DNA of 64,000 nucleotides, taken from NCBI RefSeq assembly GCF_964355755.1, contig NC_092672.1:23697237-23761236 (forward strand). The letters run 5' to 3'. The position numbers and the translations under genes are program-made. Shown piece after piece: positions 38,620 to 48,810 of this stretch. Below the pieces are notes generated by a model. It searched no databases. It saw only the letters and a list, made by a program, of their open reading frames with translations, and was not told where the DNA came from. This DNA is from Antedon mediterranea. Taxonomy: Eukaryota; Animalia; Echinodermata. Position 1 is the first letter of the stretch; each line of letters begins with the position of its first letter.

Positions 38620-40447
38620 GTGCCATTGCTTGAACTAATCACTGACAGGTTACTGTTATCCAATGCTACTGCTGACAGTATACCTTCTGTTAATATGCTA
38701 TTGTTTTGTTGCGATTGTTCATCATTGCATTCTTGCACATCAGAATCAGCAAACTGGTAAAATAAATGTTAAATTGTATTAAGAAAAAAAAATATTAGAT
38801 TAAAAATCATAAACTGAATGTTTATGATTTGAATACGGAGAATATTTCATGAAATTAACTGATTGACCATTTAATGAGGCGGAACCAAGCACAGGCAATC
38901 TCTCAGTAAATGAAATATACTCTATTCAACATTATTAGTTTTATAGCACAGTACATATGATGATGTGTTAATTTAACATTAAAGTAAGTACATGTAAATG
39001 AGGATGTGTTAGTGATGGAAAGGAACATAAATACTTCACATTGTAAAGTTTGTTGGTGCAGCGAAGATTGAAAATTGCTAGTTTTAAGTAAAGGCCTACC
39101 TCGTCTGAATTCAATTCATTTAATTGTTCATCTAACTTGCGTTGGTGTAAACGAATTGAATATCCAATCATAGCATACTGTATGACAAGTGCTGCCCTCA
39201 TGTCGTCTCTTTACATCTTCTCTCACCTTCCAGCCTCTAAAACCTACAACATATCAATTCTAATTAGTGACAATTAGTGGCTTGGTTTGGTAACAGCATG
39301 ATGCCTGCAAGATATTTGGCAAAACACTATTACAATCAATACCTGCTTGAATGATGACCACAGCTGCCTCTTGTTTACTTTTGGTTGCCAGGATCTTCCT
39401 CCACCATATCTGTATTACACCAGCACTTAAATTGAATTCCTTCAATCTTGCAACTTCAAGTTTATCCAACTAAATAAAAAATAACGGAATATAATAAATA
39501 TACAATGATGCAGATTCTTACTTATTTTTTTACACTGACAAGCTAAAAACAAAAAACAACTTTTTCATAATGTTATAAGATAGCAATTTTACTGATTTTT
39601 CAATGACTTACACACTTACACTTTAACTGGGTAATAATTTTTAATAAAATGGTATTTTTTAAATTGTGTCAAATTGATTGTTCTTCTGATTTATATTTGT
39701 ATACTTTTTTGAAAAAGAAAAAAGCCTCAATTTTACATAATTATTTAGTCAATTTTGGTGAATTTCCTATCTTATTATTAAGTTATACTACAAAAATATT
39801 CCTGTAGCATGACTTTTAAAAATAAAGGTTTATTTCACGACACTCATTCTGCTCTACTGCAAAGGTTTATATTATACAGATATTGCCTGCTTAGAGGTGA
39901 AATATAAAAATTGACATCCCCAAGGGAATGATATTTTTCTCGAGGAACTATATATTACATCTGTTATATTAAAATATGTAGAAAAGTTTAAGTTGACTTA
40001 ACTGGGTTGGCTAGCCTAAGTAATAAGACTGCCTAGTTCACCTTACCTTGCCTAAGTAATAAGACTGCCTAGTTCACCTTACCTTGGCGAAAAATGACTA
40101 TAAAGTCAAATAATTGCTAATGATTCCTTTGCCATAAAATATTCACCTAAACTAATTAAAATTTAATTTATTCTACTGCAAATAAAAAATAATTAAATTA
40201 TTATTAAACTACTTTTAAGTACCTGTCCCTCTCTTAGGAATATCTTTGTTTTTCCAAACAAAAAGCTTTTCATTTCTTTGTCTGCTTCAGCTAAAACCAG
40301 ATTCGTAATAACAGCACATTTACTTTTTGTATCCAAATCTTTTACATCTTCTGAGTTTGACCTTATTCATAATTCATACCTCTTAAGAAAATCACGGTAC
40401 AACATTCTATAAGAAAATTGTCATTATCGTTGAGAATCAAGTATAAC

Positions 40448-40920
40448 AAACAACACACTGGCAAGTATGTTAGTAGGTGTTTAACATGTACAGTATACAC
40501 AGGGATATATATAGTATATATTATAAACAACACACTGGCAAGTATGTTAGTAGGTGTTTAAACATGTACAGTATGCACAGGAATATATATAGTATATATT
40601 ATAAACATCACACTGGCAAGTATGTTAGTAGGTGTTCAACATGTACAGTATGTACAGGGATATATATAGTATATATTATAAACAACACACTGGCAAGTAT
40701 GTTAGTAGGTGTTCAATATGTACAGTATGCACAGGGATATATATAGTATATATTATAAACAACACACTGGCAAGTATGTTAGTAGGTGTTTAACATGTAC
40801 AGTATGTACAGGGATATATAGAGTATATATTATAAACAACACACTGGCAAGTATGTTAGTAGGTGTTCAACATGTACAGTATGTACAGGGATATATATAG
40901 TATATAATATAAACATCACA
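40448..40920. repeat. 77-bp intronic minisatellite, ~6 copies
   Basis: AAACAACACACTGGCAAGTATGTTAGTAGGTGTT recurs at 40448, 40525 and onward; copy at 59096-59568. Confidence 0.92.
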
Positions 40921-41021
40921 GGCACAGAATAAATTCTATACCGCCCGGAGATATACTGAAATTTAATTAATTAATTTGAAACGATAAAGATGAGGAAATC
41001 TGTGAGAATGAGAAAAAGTTT

Positions 41022-41092
41022 CCCCCACTGAGATTCAAACCCGGAACCTTCTGCTTAATATGCAGACATCCTAACCATTAGACCACTAGGGC
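41022..41092 (-). mobile_element. tRNA-derived sequence (SINE head or tRNA pseudogene)
   Basis: Minus strand GCCCTAGTGGTCTAATGGTTAGGATGTCTGC-ATATTAA-GCAGAAGGTTCCGGGTTTGAATCTCAGTGGGGG: A box, anticodon-like stem, degenerate B box, poor acceptor stem. Copy at 59670-59740. Confidence 0.65.
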
Positions 41093-41354
41093 TTTCATGG
41101 TATTGTTCAAACTAGATTGGATAGCAATAACACTCTCGGTGTGGTACGGCGGAACAGCACTAGTTCCTCAGTTGTACGCACGCGCACTAGAGATCAAATT
41201 GATACGCCCTCATCTTTTAGTATTAAGTCCTAGAGCAAGCTATTTGATTGGTAATAGTAAAAAATACAATAAAGATACAAATTACGACGCACAACGATTT
41301 TGGTTTTTGCTTAATTATTCAATATCGAAAATTTTTAGCCAGCGTATCAAACAA

Positions 41355-41680
41355 AAACAAATAGCTGTTAGCTGACCTGGTAGGGAAGAAGCCTAATGTA
41401 CTGATCTGAATTGTTTCAAGTGAACTTAACTAACAAGGGTATCAACCAGTCATAGATGGGTGCATTGTTAGTATAAAAAGAACACAAAACAATAGCTGTA
41501 AGCTGACCTGGTAGGGAAGCCTGTTGCACTGATCTGAATTGTTTCAAGTGAACTTAACTAACAAGGGTATCAACCAGTCATAGATGGGTGCATTGTTAGT
41601 ATAAAAAGAACACAAAACAATAGCTGTAAGCTGACCTGGTAGAGAAGCCTGTTGCACTAATCTGAATTGTTTCAAGAACA
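41355..41680 (-). repeat. ~130-bp tandem repeat copying a myosin exon 3' end plus splice donor
   Basis: CTGACCTGGTAG.GAAG occurs at ~41372, ~41503 and 41631. Confidence 0.9.
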
Positions 41681-43687
41681 CAGCAAGCACGTAGTTGATT
41701 TATAACATGAACATTATCAAAGCTGTCTGGTTGACATTCAAGACTTGGTTTGATACAGCGGATGTAGTGAGGTGTTGTTTCATGTAAAGTAGCCATAAGA
41801 CTGTCCAATGAATTCTAAGATACAATTGTTAGATTGTTACCACAAAGATTACATGTAAAAACTAAATGGTATCAACCAAAGTATGTAAGTAAGTACATAC
41901 AAAATGGATTGAGGAAATATGTCTGATAATCCAAAAATAAAATATCTTGCATATATTATTATGTTACATTTTCAATAGAAGGAAAAAAAAATTATTGTGA
42001 AATAATAATAATTTGAGTGATCTTGCAAATGTTTATTTGATTTATTTCAGCATCATAACAAACAATTTACAGATAAAATACAATTAATATAATATACAGG
42101 AAACAAAATATGAAACATCAACAATATACAAAAACAGGGATGCCGAGGATAACCCATAAAAGTCCTTGTTTCCCTGTTTCTCCTCCTTTCAAGAAAAAAA
42201 AAGATAAAGAAAGCAAAAACAACAACAAAGCAAACACCTATCTAAATTCTAAAGCAAGAGCTCAGTCTTGAAGCTATTTTTCCATACTAAATTCATCAAG
42301 ATTCTAAATTAAGTTTTGTATGAATTTCAATTTTCATGATTCTGTACCTTAAATTTTGATACCACTGTAGAAGTAGTCTTTTTGCCTTTTGTTTTACTTG
42401 GATTCTGCAAAAAAAATCATAAAATTAACCTATTTTAGGTTAAACAGAACTATTGACATAACTGACAAGATGCAAAGGCATTATAAATATCACAAATTTA
42501 TTCTTTGTTTAAAAGTTTCATGATGTAACATTGATGAAAGTAGTAAATAAGGTACTTCAGCCCAAAGTTAACCTTGAGGTATTTCCTGATTACGTAATAT
42601 CCGCCAGGTGTTTCTAATGTGAGGATACTGTTGTTGTTCCAGGCAGTGATATAGATGATCGTTACACGGATAGTCAGTCGTGGTTATAACAATGGTTAAC
42701 AATGGGGATAGTATAAGACAATAGAGTATATCATTTCACTAGAATTGTTATATAGATTTGTTATATATTAATATACATTATAATATAAAATTAATAAATA
42801 TTAAATAAAAATGATATGGTAATTTAGTTGCTTGTGATGAGAACAAAATGGTTTACAATGGTTGAAGTCAATAGGTGTTATGTTTCGGATTATAATACAA
42901 TGGTTAACATAGGGTAAGGAAGTGAGACAATATAGTTTTTGTAAGATTTGAATTAGTCATAGAGTCAATAAAAATGCACCTGGTTAATTAAAACTAGTTA
43001 ATTGAGGTTTTTGCTTGATGTATGCCGACATAATCCAAAGACATAAGTTATTTGATCCGGATATTATAACAATGACTAAAACAAAAAGATAAGAATGAAT
43101 GAAGTTAAATAATAAGTATGTCTTGATTGAACTATACCGACAGGTAATTAACCATCTTCCGGATTTGTTAACAAAGGGGATAAATCGAAAGCAGTGACAC
43201 GGGGTGTTTGACATACTAAAGTTTAATGTGTAACGTCATGATGTTAGTTTCACTATTTTCCATGATTTTTGTTTTCCAATGTTTAGTTTTATTTTCATTT
43301 AAATTGGTTACGTTTACGAAAAGATTTCTTTGTTTCCTTTTAAAATAAAACAAAAAGTGGGTAAAGAGGGACGCTACTGACTACAGCCTGACAGACTTAG
43401 CATATTCAACCAAAAACCAACAACTAGTTACTATGGGTTCCGTGATTGAACTTACTATGGACTGTGTGGGGAAGCTACTTAATGAAACAAAAGATACACG
43501 GCGCTTCGACCCAATGTTCCGACAGGAAATACAACAATGACAATTGGCTGAAACAAATTCAGTAAATGCCAAATTTAATCCTTTGAATGTATATAACTCT
43601 CGAATATTTTGTCATCTTTACCTCATTCTACAACGCTACAGCCTGACAGACTTAGCATATTCAACCAAAAACCAACAACTAGTTACT

Positions 43688-44416
43688 ATGGGTTCCGTGA
43701 TTGAAATAATTGATCTTACTATGGACTCTGATGTCGAAGAAGATGTTATATATATAAGCAGTGATTCAGAATTTGAAGACGAAGACATACTAGCTATGAC
43801 TGGTGCCTATTTTACAGCAAAGGAGGAGGAAGAGATGAGGGAAGAGATGGGGGATATGACGTGTTTAATGGCGATTCAACCCCCACCTCCAATGAACGTT
43901 GATTTCAATAATGTATCTAATACTGAAGAAGACGAACATTATAGATCGAGAATAATTTCTGAAGAGGAGAGGATTGTATACGACGACACGTCATCGGTAG
44001 TTGACTACCACCTATTTCTGGCAAGAAAAGCCGATGTAGAAGATGAGGTAGAAGATGGGGTGTTTGCGGAAGAGTACCTGAACCCTGTGCTGGAGGCGGA
44101 GATTAAGAAAGAAACTACCGAACTTGAGTACAAAGAGATAATGAGAACAATTGAGAAGGTTTTCATAGAAGAATTTATATTCATTCTGAAGGACATGGTT
44201 GAACGTTATAACTTTCACGGCTCAAGATATGAACAACTCCTAACATTTTTTCGACCAATTCTGGCATTGAAACTTGTGGACAATAGCGCTACCCATTTTG
44301 AATGGGCGCTAAACTACTTTCATTTACGTTGTATAAATGTTGATGCGTTTGCTAAAGCCATAAAGTTGATTACAAATGATTCAGAACTTTTTAATAAGAT
44401 TCTTTACCAATTGTAA
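43688..44416 (+). CDS. Intronless acidic protein (242 aa from ATG 43688) with two N-terminal SIM-like motifs
   Basis: Open frame in AT-rich DNA; MGSVIEIIDLTMDSD..VIYISSDSEFEDED; helical-looking C-terminus; AATAAA at ~44542. Function unknown. Confidence 0.65.
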   Translation: MGSVIEIIDLTMDSDVEEDVIYISSDSEFEDEDILAMTGAYFTAKEEEEMREEMGDMTCLMAIQPPPPMNVDFNNVSNTEEDEHYRSRIISEEERIVYDDTSSVVDYHLFLARKADVEDEVEDGVFAEEYLNPVLEAEIKKETTELEYKEIMRTIEKVFIEEFIFILKDMVERYNFHGSRYEQLLTFFRPILALKLVDNSATHFEWALNYFHLRCINVDAFAKAIKLITNDSELFNKILYQL

Positions 44417-44663
44417 TTTGTACAAATTTAAAATAATATCTTAACACTTTTTTTAATTAATATTTTTATATTTCTTATTTCTTTTCGGTAAATTTATTAT
44501 TATTATGGTTGTAAATTATATTGAAATAGAATATGTGTTAAAATAAAGGTTGTGTTTTTTCTTTTAAAAGCAACAACAACGAAAATGAATTTGATCTTTG
44601 CGTGTTATTTAAGTATTTTATTTATTTTTTTAATTTTCATTTGGGTGAATGAGGGTAATGAGT

Positions 44664-44901
44664 ATGGATGAGTACTTAAGAAAAGTATATTATTACGATC
44701 CTAAGCATCCTGATAGTTTTGGTGGTGTGGACCGACTTTATCAAAATGTAAAAATACGATTTAAATATTACCAAGAGACAAGTTCAAGACTGACTGAGCA
44801 AGCAAGATACATATACATTACACAAATCCATTCAACGTAAATTCAAACGAAACTGGGTACTTGTAAGTGTTATTGATGAACAATGGGGAATGGATTTGGA
44901 A
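44664..44901 (+). pseudogene. Polinton-type integrase N-terminal fragment
   Basis: MDEYLRKVYYYDPKHPDSFGGVDRLY, then after a frameshift VQD*LSKQDTYTLHKSIQRKFKRNWVLVSVIDEQWGMDL. Confidence 0.85.
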
Positions 44902-45107
44902 AAATAACGTGTATAAAATTTGATTCAGACAAACTGTTTGACTTTAAATTTCCAAAAATCAAAGGAAGTCAATTTTGAAATAGTTGGTAGCATGGTACAA
45001 GGAATCGGACTGGAAAAAATAACAACAACTAATCCTAACAAAATAACCCGTAAACCAAAATCTCACTCTCTACCATTCAAAATGGGTAGCGCTATTGTCC
45101 ACAAGTT

Positions 45108-45236
45108 AAAATTGAAGTAGAACCCTGTAACTTCTTTCAAATAATCTCGAAGATCTTTCAGGACCGGTGGCCATGGCAAGGCTGGTACTATATTGCCTGA
45201 ATATTATGTTAAACCCGTATCACCATAAGAAACCTG
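45108..45236 (-). pseudogene. AlkB (ALKBH2-like) dioxygenase fragment
   Basis: Manual translation QVSYGDTGLT*YSGNIVPALPWPPVLKDLRDYLKEVTGFYFNF resembles the ALKBH2 segment Q..YGD.GLTY.FSG....PW.PVL..IRD....VTG..FNF. Confidence 0.8.
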
Positions 45237-45364
45237 TCAAGTTGAAACATACTATTAAAAATATGATAAAAGCAACAACAACGAAAATGAATTTGATCTT
45301 TGCGTGTTATTTAAGTATTTTATTTATTTTTTTAATTTTCATTTGGGTGAATGAGGGTAATGAG

Positions 45365-45599
45365 TATGGATGAGTACTTAAGAAAAGTATATTACGATCC
45401 TAAGCATCCTGATAGTTTTGGTGGTGTGGACCGACTTTATCAAAAGGTAAAATACGATTTAAATATTACCAAGAGACAAGTTCAAGACTGACTGAGCAAG
45501 CAAGATACATATACATTACACAAATCCATTCAACGTAAATTCAAACGAAACTGGGTACTTGTAAGTGTTATTGATGAACAATGGGGAATGGATTTGGAA
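45365..45599 (+). pseudogene. Second copy of the integrase N-terminal fragment (local ~700-bp-period duplication)
   Basis: 44567-45080 is repeated at 45269-45780. Confidence 0.85.
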
Positions 45600-46586
45600 A
45601 AATAATGTGTATAAAATTTGATTCAGACAAACTGTTTGACTTTAAATTTCCAAAAATCAAAGGAAGTCAATTTTGAAATAGTTGGTAGCATGGTACAAGG
45701 AATCGGACTGGAAAAAATAACAACAACTAATCCTAACAAAATAACCCGTAAACCAAAATCTCACTCTCTACCATTCAAAAACAACATTTTTGATGTAGCG
45801 ATTTTTTCAAGCGGTATTGTCATGAACGTATTGAAAAGAAAATAGTTTTATTGTCAATGATTTGTCAAGTGTTTTATTTTAATTTCAATTACTGTTGTAT
45901 TGTATTTAGTTTTACCCGTTTATGTTGGTATGATCAATATTTGCTCAAACTCCATTTTATCGTTATGTTTGTAGTATTTTAGAGATTCCCGATCATCGTA
46001 ATAATGATATAACTAGAATTCGTAACCGTGTGTTAGATTCCACGCGTATTATATACATATTGTCTTACTTTAATTCCTTCTCTCGTTATTCACCCGATGT
46101 AGTTTGATCAAACAATTGTACCTGGGCCTGAAAGGTTAGTTGTTATGGTACAAGGAATCGGCCCGGAAAATAATTTGTTTTCTTTTCTGTTAAATTATTA
46201 TTATGTTTGTGAATTGTGTATTGCAATAGATTTGTTTAATGAAATTAAATTAATTAGGCCTATGTTTTGACTTAATTTACTGTCAGTGTAAATTTGTAAA
46301 AGTAGTTTTCCTACTTTAATTCACGGTAAATTTATTTATCGACTTAATTTAATTTGTTTTCTTTTCTGTTGTTGTTAAATGTAATTGCAAACACACATAA
46401 TAAATGATTGTGATTATAAATATTCTGTTTACTTCTTTTAATTTTAAACAGTACAATAGATCTGTAATGTAAAGCTATATTTTATATATAATAAGTAATA
46501 TTACAAAAATAAACATACAAAATGTATAAAGCATAGATTAATTAAATTTAAATACAATTTCTTTATTTCAAAATGAATTTCATTTT

Positions 46587-47033
46587 CTACGTGTTTTCAA
46601 TTTTAAATCTTTTAAGAAAGACACAATACGTACTGCTAAAAAAATAAAACGCACACAAAAGAAAACAAATTTGAGACGCACGATATGTAACGACGGTTTC
46701 AATAAAAAGGCATATTATAAATGTATTTTTACCAAATTTATAAAGTAAAGGGTTATTATTGAGAAATATATCACATTGTTTCGCAACACATGTACATACA
46801 ACGAGTCCTGTCACAAATCTGCCGACATTTATTTTTTTATCGCTCATCTATTGTTCTAATACATAATACAGCGCTTCCGAAGAAATATCTTTACACAATT
46901 CTAACACATTAAAATTGTTTTTCAACTCTTTACAAGCACGAATAGTACTCTGGAGGATGGGTGAATCCAAAACAATTAACCCCGTCAATTTATATTCAAT
47001 GTATGCTAAAACTACTTCCTCTAAATCAACCAT
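46587..47033 (-). pseudogene. Intronless Bcl-2-like gene split by one in-frame stop
   Basis: ORFs 46848-47045 and 46587-46847 abut in frame. BH4-like LEEVVLAYIEYKL, BH3-like LQSTIRACKELKNNF, BH1-like MSDKKINVGRFVT, then a C-terminal hydrophobic segment followed by KRFK. Confidence 0.65.
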
Positions 47034-47559
47034 AACGCTCGACAAAACAAATGATAATGGATGTAATTACCAAGAAAGTTACAACTTAAAACATTTATTT
47101 TTGTTTTTAAAAAGAAGTTGTAACATAGAAACTAATTTTGTCAGGAAATGTGTTTTTATAATTATTTACTTAATTGTACATACTTAAATAACCTTTATTT
47201 TCAAATCCTAAATATCCGGAAGAAAATGCCTTATGTCTTTGGATTATGTCGCCAAAGATCAAGCAAGACATACTTATTATATCACTTCATTATAGTCTTC
47301 TTTTTATTTTTGTCTTTGTTATAAAATACCCCGTATTAATTATATGTCGGAAGACACCTTTAACATATATTGTTATATACCCCGAAACACAATACCTATT
47401 GTTTCATACTTCCTAGTAATTTGTTTTTCAGTAATTTGTACATCTGACTAATACTTACAATTTTGCCTATATTTTGCCTGTAAACGCTATTTAACTATTC
47501 ATTCTTATCTATTTTTATTTACCTGTCATTATGTTAAATAAAACATATTCTAAATTAAA

Positions 47560-48360
47560 TTTATATCATGTTAGATATATTTTCAAGAACATTTGTTACA
47601 TAAAAATAAATTTGTAAAGAAATTTGTTACATAAGATAAATTTGTTAAGAAGTTTGTTTCATAAAAATATTTGTGTAGATAAATTTGTTACATGAAAATA
47701 AATTTTTTCAAAATATTTGTTACATAAAAATAAATTTGTAAAGAAATTCGTTACATAAATTTATTTTTTACAAGAAGTTTGTAACAGAAAATTATTTTGC
47801 TAAGAATTAGTTGCATCAATTGATTTTATCAACCGTATGTAACATAAAGAATTATTTTGTTGAAAAAAATATTTTGTCATTCAGTCCATTTGTTCAATAG
47901 GCCTAGTTCGTTTAAGTTTTTAAGAATTATTTGTGTAATATTCTTGTATATAAGAGAATTTATTTTTAACCTTTGTAATTATTTTGTAAATATCATTTAT
48001 GCAATATTTTTGTGTGTAAATATTTGAATTTATTTATACTTTTTGTATGGAAATAATTATACTAATATTAAATATCATTATTTGTTTATAAATTTATTTG
48101 TGATTATAGATTTATTCTTTATAAGTATGTCGATTAATTTCAGAATCAAAAACTTGTTACATAAGAAAAAAAAAAAATGGTCATGAAATTCGTTAAATAA
48201 AAAATAATTTATCAAGAATCTTTTTACATAAATTTTATTTTATCATTAAATTTGTTACATAAAAATAATTTGTCAAGAATCTTTTTGCATAAAATTTATT
48301 TTGTCATTAAGTTTGTTACATAAAAAAAAAAAATTGTTTCATGAATCTTGTTACATTTTT
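47560..48360. repeat. Degenerate AT-rich repeat region (ATTTGTTACATAAAAATAA motif)
   Basis: More than ten imperfect copies of TTTGTTACATAA in two clusters. Confidence 0.7.
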
Positions 48361-48414
48361 TAAATTTTTGTTTTCAACTACTTATATGAAAATTCAAGTT
48401 AAGAACGCAGTATA

Positions 48415-48577
48415 ATGACAATGACTGGGCGTTTAGTAACACCTTTCACCGCGGTGATTAGCGGACAGACTTCCTCCGGTAACTCGGTATTTGTTAACAA
48501 TCTTTTAGAAAATAATTACTTTAAAAAAATAAAACAAGTCGTTTGATGATATGACAAAGTGTTATGGCGAATATCAA
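48415..48577 (+). pseudogene. Polinton-type A32/FtsK-like packaging ATPase N-terminal fragment
   Basis: RLVTPFTAVISGQTSSGNSVFVNNLL (degenerate Walker A, K replaced by N) and, after a break, CYGEYQ. Confidence 0.7.
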
Positions 48578-48627
48578 ACTTAGTTTGAGAAGTAAATACT
48601 GTTTGTGTTTACATGCGTGTCATAGTA

Positions 48628-48766
48628 GAGTCCGCAGAGACCTACAGATTTAAATTTAGAAATTCAAACAGAGTTAAAGATATGTCCATCAGGGAATGGC
48701 TGAATGAGCTCTCCCATTATTTAAAATGTTGGATGAAATGTGCTAATGTAAAAGAAGATGATGCTG
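48628..48766 (+). pseudogene. Possible Gypsy/Gmr1-like gag (SCAN-like) fragment
   Basis: ESAETYRFKFRNSNRVKDMSIREWLNELSHYLKCW fits the E.YR.KFR...E...L...W pattern; short. Confidence 0.4.
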
Positions 48767-48810
48767 CAGGCATTTTATCAAGTTATAAATAATGAATTTT
48801 TATTTTAAAT

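Larger units (their letters stand above)
37845..42404 (-). pseudogene. MYO19: Unconventional myosin XIX-like 3' exons, copy 1, disrupted
   Basis: Exons 42348-42404 (STVVSKFK), 41636-41814 (SLDSLMATLHETTPHYIRCIKP..LETIQISATGF), 40223-40406 (FGKTKIFLREGQ, in-frame TGA at 40367-40369), 39343-39469 and 39100-39243 (three IQ motifs, 1-nt insertion), 37845-38753 (tail). TVVSKFK/TTPHYIRCIKP/ETI.ISA.GF matches MYO19 from memory. Confidence 0.8.
42539..48580. mobile_element. Decayed Polinton/Maverick-like element in a myosin intron (copy 1, truncated)
   Basis: Begins with AGTAGT (a Polinton-type terminus); contains Polinton-type integrase N-terminus x2, packaging ATPase N-terminus and intronless accessory ORFs. 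No polB or capsid gene recognised. Confidence 0.75.
36369..48810. repeat. Non-satellite part of copy 1 of an ~18.65-kb tandem segmental duplication
   Basis: 36369-45345 matches 55019-64000 at an offset of 18648-18655 with few SNPs and indels; the ORF track repeats. Confidence 0.97.

Noticed and set aside
38177-38633. ORFs 38177-38626 (-) and 38265-38633 (+), and their copies near 56827-57283
   Set aside because: Alternative frames of the stop-free 42-bp repeat; only the frame spliced to the myosin exons is supported.
40367-40369. Selenocysteine or programmed read-through of the myosin TGA
   Set aside because: Other conserved-residue losses co-occur and no SECIS was recognised; a nonsense mutation is simpler.
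40477-40900. Repetitive ORFs in the 77-bp minisatellite
   Set aside because: Unit length is not a multiple of 3; intronic repeat.
41022-41092. Functional tRNA gene
   Set aside because: Acceptor stem does not pair well, B box is mutated (GTTTGAA) and the anticodon loop is non-canonical.
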